Source of the DNA: Candidatus Marsarchaeota G2 archaeon ECH_B_1 | GTDB lineage: Archaea; Thermoproteota; Thermoprotei_A; Marsarchaeales; Marsarchaeaceae | Assembly (NCBI GenBank): GCA_003019535.1 | Contig: NEXG01000007.1 | Coordinates: 55,374-87,373, forward strand | Length of the DNA stretch: 32,000 nt | Direction of reading: 5' to 3' | Part shown: one piece after another, positions 7,754-16,134 of the stretch | Layout of the letters: each line of letters opens with the position of its first letter | How positions within the stretch are numbered: position 1 is the first letter of the stretch | The notes under the pieces: generated by a model | The model's input: the letters and a program-made list of their open reading frames with translations, nothing else | Told to the model about the DNA's origin: nothing | Database searches by the model: none | Position numbers and translations under genes: made by a program

Positions 7754-9166
7754 TTAGTCTTTATGTGTTACTAGTAGAACCAAATCGGAGACGTTGGTTC
7801 CCGTTGGCCCGGTGAGTATTGCTCCACCGACCCTTTTAAAGAAGGTTCCAGAGTCGTTGTTATCCAAGTATTCTTCCGGTGAGACTCCTTTTTCAAGGGC
7901 ATCCGAGTAGGTATATCCATCGATGATGCCACCCGCTGCTTCACTGAAGCCGTCTACACCATCTGTGCCCACCGAAGCCAAAACAACACCACCGCAACCT
8001 CTTAGGGCTATGAGCGCCGATAGGCACAGCTCCTGGTTTCTACCTCCCAAGCCACTACCCTTCACGGTCACCGTGGTCTCACCGCCTATAACGTAGGCAT
8101 CAAACGGAGGGTTACTCAACGATGAGCCAACACCCGCTAGGAATCTACCCACCTCCCGTGCTTCACCCTGCATTCGGGTTGTGAGTAGGAGGGGGTTGTA
8201 GCCTTTCTCTTTGAGTGAACTCCAAGCCCCCATACACGCATCCGTGTTCGAACCGATTATATAGTTGTGGGCTGTTCTGAAAACGGTGCTTTCAGGCTTC
8301 GGCGTCTCTTCCTCGAGACCCTTAACACCCCTCTCAAAGAGCTTCAATACCGCTTGGGGGACACGGTTAAGCAGACCATACTTCTCCAAAACCCTGTACG
8401 CATCACGAAAACTCGTTGGGTCGGGTACTGTAAGTCCCGATGCTATAACCTCCGGTTTATCTCCCACCACATCAGATATTATGAGCGCAATTGTAGTTGC
8501 GGGATAAATCAGTTTCTGCAGTTGGCCACCTTTAACCCTGGAGAGGTGTTTCCTCACCGTGTTTATTTCCTCGATATCCGCACCGCACTCGAGCAGCAGC
8601 TTGGCTGTCTCCGCCTTATCCTCAAGGCTAACACCCTCCCTTGGTGAGACAATCATGGCCGAGGCACCGCCAGATATAACGACGATATATAGTGATTGGG
8701 GTGTTGCCTTAGACGTAAGCTCGATTATACGTTGGGTTGCTTCAAGCGACCTCTCATTTGGCACAGGGTGTGATGCGGGGTTAATCCTCACAGCACCAAC
8801 TTTCAACTCACCGTCGACCTTCGCCGCCACCTCTCCCCCACTTATCCTCTCCCCAAGCATATTGTTGAGCTGGGCGACCATCTCCACGGAGGCTTTACCT
8901 CCACCTATCACGTATATCTCACTGAACCCATCAAGGTCAAACGCATCATTCAAGACATGTAAGATGCTTCCAGTAACACGCACCTTTGAGCGGAATAGGC
9001 TCTCCGGCATAACGCTTCTAATGGCTGCTTCAGCAGCCTCTAACACGTGGGTCCGCAGCCTCCTAACACCTTCACCGTGGGGGGAATCTGCGAGCGCTTC
9101 AAAGTTCTTTATAATCAAGTGCAGATCATGTAAACACCCCTCAGGAAGGCTAAAACCTTTACTCAC
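7754..9166 (-). CDS. Glycerate 2-kinase (MOFRL/DUF4147 family; sometimes annotated hydroxypyruvate reductase)
   Basis: 470 aa with GGGKASVEMV near the N-terminal domain and the C-terminal MOFRL motif SVGTDGVDG. GTG start. Confidence 0.8.
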   Translation of the reverse strand: MSKGFSLPEGCLHDLHLIIKNFEALADSPHGEGVRRLRTHVLEAAEAAIRSVMPESLFRSKVRVTGSILHVLNDAFDLDGFSEIYVIGGGKASVEMVAQLNNMLGERISGGEVAAKVDGELKVGAVRINPASHPVPNERSLEATQRIIELTSKATPQSLYIVVISGGASAMIVSPREGVSLEDKAETAKLLLECGADIEEINTVRKHLSRVKGGQLQKLIYPATTIALIISDVVGDKPEVIASGLTVPDPTSFRDAYRVLEKYGLLNRVPQAVLKLFERGVKGLEEETPKPESTVFRTAHNYIIGSNTDACMGAWSSLKEKGYNPLLLTTRMQGEAREVGRFLAGVGSSLSNPPFDAYVIGGETTVTVKGSGLGGRNQELCLSALIALRGCGGVVLASVGTDGVDGFSEAAGGIIDGYTYSDALEKGVSPEEYLDNNDSGTFFKRVGGAILTGPTGTNVSDLVLLVTHKD

Positions 9167-9265
9167 CTTTCCCCAAGCCTACACCGGGTTTAACTGCACA
9201 CGGCAATTATGCTTTAGACGTATGGAAAGACTAATACATCCTGCCTCGTTTTCAATACGGATAAA

Positions 9266-11014
9266 ATGGATGTACTCGAGTACGACGTAGCCATAGTGGG
9301 TAGCGGTCTGGCCGGTATGAGGGCCGCGCTACAGGCATCTGAGGTATCTCAGGGGAAGCTTAGGGTGGCATTAATATCCAAGCTTCACGCGATGAGAAGC
9401 CACTCTGTTTCCGCTGAGGGGGGTATTTCCGGTGTGCTCTATCCAGGGGAGGCTGGCGACTCAATAGAGCTGCATGGTTTCGACACAGCCAAGGGTTCAG
9501 ACTACCTGGGAGACCAAGACGCCATAGAGCTCCTTGTGAACGAGGCGCCGAAAGAAATCAGGTTCTTCGACCACCTCGGGGTCCCCTGGAATAGGGATGA
9601 CTCAGGTAGGATAGTGCTCAGGGCGTTTGGGGGGATGAGTGTTCCTAGGACTGCGTTTGCCGCGGATAAGACTGGGTTCTTCATGATGAGCGCGCTCTAC
9701 GACAGCCTCCTAGAATACGGCAACCTCGACATATTCCACGAGCACTATGTGACCAACCTACTCCTTGATGGAGGCGTGTTCAGGGGTTTCCTCGCAATAG
9801 ACCTCGCAAGCGGCGACCCCAAACTATTCATAGCCAAATCGGGTATAATAGCCACTGGGGGATTCTCACGGATATACGGTTTCACTACAACAGCGTATTC
9901 GAGTACGGGCGACGGTATAGCGTTAGCGTATAAGGCTGGCATACCACTGAAGGACATGGAGTTTGTGCAATTCCACCCCACAGGGCTTATTCCAAGCGGT
10001 ATACTTATAACCGAGGCGGCTCGGGGGGAGGGTGGATACCTGCTCAACAACAAGGAGGAGAGGTTCATGGAGAGGTATGCTAAGAGCAAGATGGAGTTAG
10101 CCCCACGTGACATAGTTTCAAGGGCGATGGTCACAGAGATAAATGAAGGTAGGGGATTAATACATAAGGCTTCGGGTATGAAACACCTCCTACTCGACCT
10201 AAGACACCTTGGTGATGAGAAAATAGATGAAAGACTACCCATGATAAAGGAGATGACAATCAAGATGCTGGGTATAGACCCTGCGAAGGAGCCGATACCC
10301 GTAAGACCTGCAGCCCACTTCACCATGGGTGGAATACACACCAACATCCACGGTCAAGTCATGCTCGATGACTCGAAAACACCTGTAGAGGGATTATGGG
10401 CCGCTGGGGAGTGTGGGTGCGTGAGTGTGCATGGTTCAAACAGGCTTGGAAGCAACTCGCTAAGCCAGTGTGTGATATGGGGTAGAATAACTGGTGAGAT
10501 GGCTGCGAAAAGGGCTTCAAACACCGGGGAACCAAGCGACACCCGCTCCAAGACCGTTGCGAGAGCCGAGGAGGAATACAACAAAATAGTTAAACTCTTA
10601 GACAACAAGGGCACACAGAATCCCTATGAGCTACGCTCCAAGCTTTGGGAAACCATGGATACACTCGTCTACGTGTACCGTGATACGAAGAGCCTGATGG
10701 AGGCGAAGAGAAGGGTTGCTGAGTTAAAGAGGAGCTACTCGGACATATACATAGCCGATAAGGGTAGGGTGTACAATACTAACCTGCGCGACGCCCTTGA
10801 GATTGGTAACATGATAGAGTTGGCAGAGGTCGTGATAGTTAGCGCAATAGCCAGAAAGGAAAGCAGGGGCGCTCATGCTATGGTTGAGTATCCGAAGAGG
10901 GACGACGCCAACTGGCTTAAGCACACCTTGGCCTATAGGACAAGTGAGGAGCCAAGACTATCCTATATACCGGTGAAGATAACAAAATGGGAACCCAAGG
11001 AGAGAACCTATTAG
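9266..11014 (+). CDS. sdhA: Succinate dehydrogenase / fumarate reductase flavoprotein subunit
   Basis: N-terminal FAD fold (DVAIVGSGLAGMRAA), the covalent-FAD His context RSHSVSAEGG, and HPTG and RGEGG motifs. 582 aa. Confidence 0.95.
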   Translation: MDVLEYDVAIVGSGLAGMRAALQASEVSQGKLRVALISKLHAMRSHSVSAEGGISGVLYPGEAGDSIELHGFDTAKGSDYLGDQDAIELLVNEAPKEIRFFDHLGVPWNRDDSGRIVLRAFGGMSVPRTAFAADKTGFFMMSALYDSLLEYGNLDIFHEHYVTNLLLDGGVFRGFLAIDLASGDPKLFIAKSGIIATGGFSRIYGFTTTAYSSTGDGIALAYKAGIPLKDMEFVQFHPTGLIPSGILITEAARGEGGYLLNNKEERFMERYAKSKMELAPRDIVSRAMVTEINEGRGLIHKASGMKHLLLDLRHLGDEKIDERLPMIKEMTIKMLGIDPAKEPIPVRPAAHFTMGGIHTNIHGQVMLDDSKTPVEGLWAAGECGCVSVHGSNRLGSNSLSQCVIWGRITGEMAAKRASNTGEPSDTRSKTVARAEEEYNKIVKLLDNKGTQNPYELRSKLWETMDTLVYVYRDTKSLMEAKRRVAELKRSYSDIYIADKGRVYNTNLRDALEIGNMIELAEVVIVSAIARKESRGAHAMVEYPKRDDANWLKHTLAYRTSEEPRLSYIPVKITKWEPKERTY

Positions 11015-11020
11015 GGAGGC

Positions 11021-11443
11021 GTGGTTGGTTTGGCTAAGAAGTCATTCGACTTTAGGGGGAGGGCTTCAAACATAGGCAGGTCATGGAGGTTTGATAGGGA
11101 GGCGTTCATCCACGCGCTATTCTACCGTATACTCATACCCTATAGCATCATATACGGGCTGATTCTCCTCGTAGGCGTTTTCCTAAGGGGTGCAGACTTC
11201 TTGTTGAAGCCCCTAACACTAGTTGAATGGATATTGTTTACACCACAAGTATACGAGACCGCTAAAGCTTTCTCACTAATCGCATCACGTGGACAAGCCT
11301 TCGGCCACCTAAACGAGTCCTACCTCTTCCTAGTAAGGAAGCGTTACGGATCGAGGTCAGGTGTATACCGCGTCCTACCCTACGCTGTGATGATCCTGTG
11401 GGTCGTAGGCTTTATACTTGCAGCCGTGTGGTGGTCCATATGA
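11021..11443 (+). CDS. Putative SDH membrane anchor (SdhC-like), assigned by position only
   Basis: 140-codon ORF 6 nt after the sdhA stop, with hydrophobic helices and two His (FIHALFYR, FGHLNES). GGAGG at 11015-11019 could serve TTG 11030. No motif-level identification. Confidence 0.55.
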   Translation: MVGLAKKSFDFRGRASNIGRSWRFDREAFIHALFYRILIPYSIIYGLILLVGVFLRGADFLLKPLTLVEWILFTPQVYETAKAFSLIASRGQAFGHLNESYLFLVRKRYGSRSGVYRVLPYAVMILWVVGFILAAVWWSI

Positions 11444-11634
11444 GGGCAAGCAGGGTTATGCTTCTAAGCTATCTAGGCATGGTGGGTGTACCCATCCTGC
11501 TATGGCTTATAGCCATCATGTCACCATTAAACCAGACAGCGACTGCTAGGGAGGTGCTGGGCTTCCTCGCAGCCCTTGGAGCAATCGTGTTCGGCTTGGT
11601 GGGTATACGTGACGCCTATGTTCATGGGAGTTGA
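11440..11634 (+). CDS. Putative small SDH membrane anchor (SdhD-like), assigned by position only
   Basis: ATG 11440 overlaps the upstream stop (ATGA). 64 aa with two hydrophobic helices. The stop overlaps the TTG start of sdhB (TTGA). The ORF track extends it to 11398, but the ATGA junction is more plausible. Confidence 0.5.
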   Translation: MRASRVMLLSYLGMVGVPILLWLIAIMSPLNQTATAREVLGFLAALGAIVFGLVGIRDAYVHGS

Positions 11635-12377
11635 GACCTGCTTTGAGCGAGTCCAAAACGGTTGAAATACGGGTTAAGAGGTTTGACCCTGACACCAAGC
11701 AGTTCACAGTTAAGTCCTATAGGTTAGAAGTTGACAGATTCACAACCGTCCTCAGCGCACTCATAGCCATCAAGGAGAAACAGGACCAAACACTGTCCAT
11801 CAGGTATAGTTGCAGGATGGGAATATGCGGATCCTGCGGCATGGTTGTTAACGGTAAACCGCGGCTCGCGTGTGAAACCAACATACTCAAAGAGTGCGGT
11901 GACACAGTCGAAGTTGAACCCATGCTGGGTCACCCCGTGCTACGCGACCTGGTGTGCGACTTCGACGACTTCTTCGCGAAGCACAAGAGTGTCAAACCAT
12001 GGCTCATAAGACGGGATAGGGCTGAAAAGTTCAGGGCTGAAAAGGAGTATGTGCAAACAAGCAAACAGCTCGATGAATACCTGCCATTCACATACTGTAT
12101 AAAGTGTGGTCTATGCGTTGATGCATGCCCAGTTTCAAACCTAAACCCAGGCTTCAAGGGTCCGCAGGCATTGTCCCAAGCCTATAGATACATCGCGGAC
12201 TCCAGGGATGAAGGTGCAAAGGCCAGATTGGAGGCGCTGGACACGTTTGAGGGTGTGTGGGGCTGCGAGTTTCTGGGCGCGTGCTCGCGTGTTTGCCCCA
12301 AGGGTGTGGATCCAGCTCTAGCAATCCAGCTACTCAAGATGCGGGTCATCAATCCCCCGAGGGATGACACACACTAA
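11631..12377 (+). CDS. sdhB: Succinate dehydrogenase / fumarate reductase iron-sulfur subunit
   Basis: Cys clusters CRMGICGSCGMVVNGKPRLAC (2Fe-2S), CIKCGLCVDACP and CSRVCPKGV. Confidence 0.95.
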   Translation: MRPALSESKTVEIRVKRFDPDTKQFTVKSYRLEVDRFTTVLSALIAIKEKQDQTLSIRYSCRMGICGSCGMVVNGKPRLACETNILKECGDTVEVEPMLGHPVLRDLVCDFDDFFAKHKSVKPWLIRRDRAEKFRAEKEYVQTSKQLDEYLPFTYCIKCGLCVDACPVSNLNPGFKGPQALSQAYRYIADSRDEGAKARLEALDTFEGVWGCEFLGACSRVCPKGVDPALAIQLLKMRVINPPRDDTH

Positions 12378-12409
12378 AACATATAGTTTAATGTCAAACT
12401 TCTAATAAC

Positions 12410-12414
12410 TTTTT
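12410..12414 (+). terminator. Oligo-T tract downstream of sdhB
   Basis: T5 run 33 nt after the sdhB stop, in an AT-rich spacer. Archaeal terminators are typically oligo-T. Confidence 0.3.
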
Positions 12415-12466
12415 AAATGGTTCTTTATCGCAACTGTATTAGTTTGAATTAGAGGTTTCGACTAGC

Positions 12467-12474
12467 TTTTATAA
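12467..12474 (+). promoter_or_regulatory. TATA box for ilvE
   Basis: TTTTATAA is centred 27 nt upstream of TTG 12498, the geometry of a leaderless mRNA. Confidence 0.5.
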
Positions 12475-12497
12475 CCCCATGTTCGATTTGTATTTGA

Positions 12498-13424
12498 TTG
12501 AAGGTGTCCCTCAAAGGCTCCAAAATCTGGCTTGACGGAAGGCTGGTGGACTGGGAGGATGCGAAAGTACACGTTTTAACCCACGCCCTACACTACGCCT
12601 CAGCTGTTTTTGAGGGTATAAGAGTGTACACCACACCTAAGGGGCCAGCGGCCTTCCGTCTTAAAGACCATCTAAAAAGACTTTTCGAGAGTAGTAAGAT
12701 CTACATGATGGACATACCATACAACATGGAGGAATTGATTGATGCTGTTAGGCTCACTGTTAACGCAAACGGTTACAGAGAGTGTTATGTAAGGCCAATA
12801 GTCTTCAGAGGATATGGTACGATGGGTGTTAACCCCCTGAACAGCCCGGTGCAGGTGGCCGTTGCGGCATGGGAGTGGGGTTCATACCTTGGTTCAAACG
12901 CACCGATGAAGGGTGTCAGATGCATGGTTTCTAGCTGGAGAAGAATAAACGCCCAATCCCTGCCGCCTCAGGCTAAGTCAACAGCCAACTATGCTAACGG
13001 GGGATTGGCTAAGGCGGAAGCTGTTAAGAACGGCTTCGATGAGGCCATCATGCTCAACACTGAGGGATATGTTACCGAGGGTAGCGGTGAAAACATCTTC
13101 AGGGTTAAAAACGGCGTGCTCTCAACTCCCCCAGCAAGCGCGGGGGTTCTACGGGGAATCACACGTGACACCGTGCTCAAACTCGCACAGGAAATGGATA
13201 TCACCACTGAGAGAGTGAACATAACACGCGAGGAGCTCTACACGGCCGACGAGTTATTCTTCTCTGGCACCGCCACAGAGGTGGTACCCATAAGAGAGGT
13301 TGACGGTAGGCAGATAGGCGACGGCTCAAACTACCCTATAACAGCGAAGATAAGAAAACGATATCTAGAGGTTGTGCACGGCGAAGTGGACGGACACGAA
13401 GACTGGCTACTCTACCTCCGCTAG
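12498..13424 (+). CDS. ilvE: Branched-chain amino acid aminotransferase (class IV PLP enzyme)
   Basis: KIWLDGRLVDWEDAKVHVLTHALHYA, EGSGENIFRVKNGVLSTPP and LRGITRD are typical IlvE motifs. 308 aa. Confidence 0.93.
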   Translation: MKVSLKGSKIWLDGRLVDWEDAKVHVLTHALHYASAVFEGIRVYTTPKGPAAFRLKDHLKRLFESSKIYMMDIPYNMEELIDAVRLTVNANGYRECYVRPIVFRGYGTMGVNPLNSPVQVAVAAWEWGSYLGSNAPMKGVRCMVSSWRRINAQSLPPQAKSTANYANGGLAKAEAVKNGFDEAIMLNTEGYVTEGSGENIFRVKNGVLSTPPASAGVLRGITRDTVLKLAQEMDITTERVNITREELYTADELFFSGTATEVVPIREVDGRQIGDGSNYPITAKIRKRYLEVVHGEVDGHEDWLLYLR

Positions 13425-13479
13425 AGGTATGTAGAGTTCTACTCAACATAGCTAAGCGTAGCCATATGTTTGACTCGGA

Positions 13480-13500
13480 GTTCACCCATCCGGGGTGAAC
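13480..13500. other. Perfect 8-bp GC-rich hairpin (GTTCACCC-atccg-GGGTGAAC)
   Basis: Read directly from the sequence. It lies 56 nt downstream of the ilvE stop. It could be a 3'-end structure or a protein-binding palindrome. Confidence 0.3.
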
Positions 13501-13580
13501 CATGTATATAGCTAACAGCCCAGTCTGCACCTGCAACTATTTGCAATAGATTGGTAAGGCATTGTGAATTACCTTTTTAC

Positions 13581-13588
13581 TTTTATAT
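13581..13588 (+). promoter_or_regulatory. Consensus-like TATA octamer not positioned for any annotated start
   Basis: TTTTATAT lies 155 nt upstream of the GT2 GTG. The predicted TSS is near 13610. Confidence 0.3.
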
Positions 13589-13742
13589 CCGACTCAAATA
13601 TTTATGCGTGGTTTGGCCATTAAAGCGGTATATACAAACCTAGTTAGCTTATTATCCCACTTTAGATCGGAGAGAGCAATATTCGGAACAAGGTTTTTAG
13701 AATCACATATTAGGAATAGGTCGCTACTCTGGCTCTCTATAG

Positions 13743-14720
13743 GTGTGGGATTTGGTATCTAGAGAAAGGGTTATACACTCTAGCAATGTAGGCGGAGAAA
13801 AGAGAAGTGTATTGGTAGGCATTCCAGTGTACAATTCCGAGAAAACCATCACTAGCTGCTTAGAGAAGGTGTTAAACCAAGCCCAAAGTTCATGTTATAT
13901 CCAGAATGTGCTGGTGGTGGCCAGCGGGTGCACCGATAACACAGTGGAGCTTGTGAAGAGAAAACAGAGTGTTGACGCAAGGTTGCTACTCCTCGAAGAA
14001 GGGACACGGCGTGGTAAGGCCTCCGCGCTGAATAAGATTTTCGAGTTCTTCAACACTCACCCATACGACTACCTTGTTGTCACGAATGGCGATACAAAAC
14101 TAGATGGAGCAGCCGTGGATAGGCTCATCGAGCACGCAGAACACACTGGGGCTAGACTTGTGTGCGGCTCACCTAAGCCATCCACACACCCAGTGAGCCG
14201 ACTAAACTCGATCTATGAATTCATATGGGAACTGCACAACTTATTCTTAGAGGTGGGCTCAAAGCTCGAGAAGCCACACTGCACCGACGAGCTAATGTGC
14301 TTCTCCAGTGACGTTAGCTGGCGGATACCCTCTGAGGTGGTAAACGACGGCGCATACTTCTCCGTGCTTCTAGCGGTTAAGGGAGAGAAGCGTGGGTATT
14401 GCTCCCAAGCTATAGTGGGCGTCTCTGTGCCAAAGACCGTTAGCGGGCTTATAAAGCAGAGGTCCCGCATAGTTCTCGGCCACGTTCTACTCAAAGAGAG
14501 GTTCGGCGTCACATCCGACACATTCGAAAGCACAGTAATCCTGAAACCAAAACTCGCCATTGATGTGCTCGCCCATCAAGTGATAAAGCGCGGCCTGATA
14601 TGTTTTATAAAGACCACCGCGATAGAGGGTATATCGCTATTCGTGGCCATGATTCGGTACATGTTTGGCAGTGAGCCTTGGATATGGGAGAGGGTTGAGT
14701 ACGCAGAAGCGGATACCTAA
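13743..14720 (+). CDS. Family 2 glycosyltransferase (GT-A fold)
   Basis: VLVGIPVYNSEKTI (N-terminal GT2 strand), GKASALN, the acidic motif TNGDTKLD, and QRSRI resembling the Q-x-x-R-W motif. The start is uncertain: GTG 13743, or the in-frame TTG just before GIPVYN. Confidence 0.85.
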   Translation: MWDLVSRERVIHSSNVGGEKRSVLVGIPVYNSEKTITSCLEKVLNQAQSSCYIQNVLVVASGCTDNTVELVKRKQSVDARLLLLEEGTRRGKASALNKIFEFFNTHPYDYLVVTNGDTKLDGAAVDRLIEHAEHTGARLVCGSPKPSTHPVSRLNSIYEFIWELHNLFLEVGSKLEKPHCTDELMCFSSDVSWRIPSEVVNDGAYFSVLLAVKGEKRGYCSQAIVGVSVPKTVSGLIKQRSRIVLGHVLLKERFGVTSDTFESTVILKPKLAIDVLAHQVIKRGLICFIKTTAIEGISLFVAMIRYMFGSEPWIWERVEYAEADT

Positions 14721-15636
14721 AAGCGTGCTGGAACGGATAATCTTCTTCGTCTCAGTGGCCCAAAGCAATAATGCTGCGATATCTCTACGAGACTTACTCA
14801 ACTTGATGCCCACTGACCAAGTGCACAGTGCGGATCAGCTAGAAGACATCATCAGAGAGTGTCTGGGGGAAACACTGCTCGTTGAAGGGGGATACGTAGT
14901 TACGCGGGGAGCCTTAGAGCTCGCAGAGACCACTAGGATGACGCAGCTTGAATCAGCCAAAAAGATTCAGCAGGTAAAAAGCTTCGTAGACTCACATCAC
15001 AAGCTCTTCGCTGACACACTTGTAGTGGCTGTTTCCGGCTCTGCGTCCTATGGCTCAGCCAAGAAAGGGGACGACGTGGACATATTCCTCATAACAAAGA
15101 ATGGCGCCCTTTGGAGCACGCTCTTTAAGATTCTACTCTACATACGCGTCAGAAGGATTCTAAGAGTCGACTCGAAAAACATTTCTAACCTCTGCTTTAG
15201 TGTGATTTTCACAAAACGCGGATTCGAAGAGTTATTAAAGAGTCGGTGTGATCCCCTAAGCGCACGCGAACTCATAAACCTAAAGCCGGTTAAAGGAGGG
15301 GAGACACTAGGCTGGTACCTCGCAAACACTGAATGGATAAAGGCATACTATCCGAGATTCAACTCACCTTCACCACGAAAACAACCCCCCACGGCGTTTA
15401 GTGGAAAACAAGATGATACACCCCTTAGTATACTACTCGGCGCATATCTAGCAATGGTAGCCAAATTCAGGAACACACTTTTCAGGTTACAGGGAAGAGA
15501 ACAGGATGTGTTTCGAGTCATAAGATCCAAGGACAAGCTGGTCTACGAATCACATAGGTACGTGGAGCTACGAGCACGCTACTTCAAATTCTTTAAAGAC
15601 GAGTCCAACCAGCCAACGGAGACAACCCATAGCTGA
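14665..15636 (+). CDS. Pol-beta-superfamily nucleotidyltransferase-domain protein with an N-terminal winged-helix-like region, function unknown
   Basis: Minimal NTase motif VAVSGSASYGSAKKGDDVDIFLIT (G-S ... D-x-D, nt 15037-15081). The ORF overlaps the GT2 3' end by 56 nt from TTG 14665. The alternative start GTG 14725 lies 5 nt after the GT2 stop. Confidence 0.7.
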   Translation: MAVSLGYGRGLSTQKRIPKSVLERIIFFVSVAQSNNAAISLRDLLNLMPTDQVHSADQLEDIIRECLGETLLVEGGYVVTRGALELAETTRMTQLESAKKIQQVKSFVDSHHKLFADTLVVAVSGSASYGSAKKGDDVDIFLITKNGALWSTLFKILLYIRVRRILRVDSKNISNLCFSVIFTKRGFEELLKSRCDPLSARELINLKPVKGGETLGWYLANTEWIKAYYPRFNSPSPRKQPPTAFSGKQDDTPLSILLGAYLAMVAKFRNTLFRLQGREQDVFRVIRSKDKLVYESHRYVELRARYFKFFKDESNQPTETTHS

Positions 15637-15736
15637 GGAACTTGGGAGACACATAGAGTCATGCATCGCGACAAAAACCTGCAGGGCGGTTAGCGCTTGG
15701 TAAAAGATATATTGGGGTCACCCTTGTTCGAAAAGT

Positions 15737-16120
15737 ATGGGAGAAGCTAGAGTCTACGCGGTCCACAGATACTCTCTTGCAGTTAACATACCCGTGTTGA
15801 TCGCTGGAGCCGTGCTTATCGGTGGGTTACTTAGCTATATCGTGTTCGCTCTCATGGCGGTAGGTTCACTCATGCTATTCTTCTTAGCATACCTTGGAGA
15901 GGAGAAATCCTATATGGCTACATCCGTGCTTGGAGTGGTCGAATTAGTTTACTCCCTGCTTGGGATGCTCCTGTTTAAGCCGTGGCCATACTCCGCTTCA
16001 ACCCTTGCATACGGCGTTATACTAGTGGCGCTCGGTGTTGCCACCTATATGCGCTTTAAGCGTAGCAGGGCTGAGGGGAAGAAGGCTCTCTCAGACTTTG
16101 TGCCCCCCGCTTTTGGTTAA
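15737..16120 (+). CDS. Small polytopic membrane protein (about 4 TM), function unknown
   Basis: 127-codon ATG ORF. The A/T box aaaagatatatt (about 15702-15713) is centred roughly 28 nt upstream. The sequence is very hydrophobic (IPVLIAGAVLIGGLLSYIVFALMAVGSLMLFFLAYL...). Confidence 0.6.
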   Translation: MGEARVYAVHRYSLAVNIPVLIAGAVLIGGLLSYIVFALMAVGSLMLFFLAYLGEEKSYMATSVLGVVELVYSLLGMLLFKPWPYSASTLAYGVILVALGVATYMRFKRSRAEGKKALSDFVPPAFG

Positions 16121-16134
16121 AACGGTGCGCGCAA

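Noticed and set aside
8559-9290. 243-codon ORF on the plus strand, antisense to the glycerate kinase gene and running into the sdhA start
   Set aside because: Its Ser/Pro/Thr/Leu-rich composition is typical of the shadow frame of a real gene. There is no promoter geometry, it overlaps a well-supported CDS throughout, and I recognise no motif.
9745-10347. 200-codon ORF antisense within sdhA
   Set aside because: It is a shadow ORF inside a confidently identified gene, with an implausible low-complexity Ser/Pro-rich sequence.
13604-13759. 51-codon ATG ORF in the spacer upstream of the GT2 gene
   Set aside because: The ATG lies a few nt upstream of the TSS predicted from the only good TATA box. 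It overlaps the GT2 start, and I recognise no motif. It is kept only as a note in the spacer finding.
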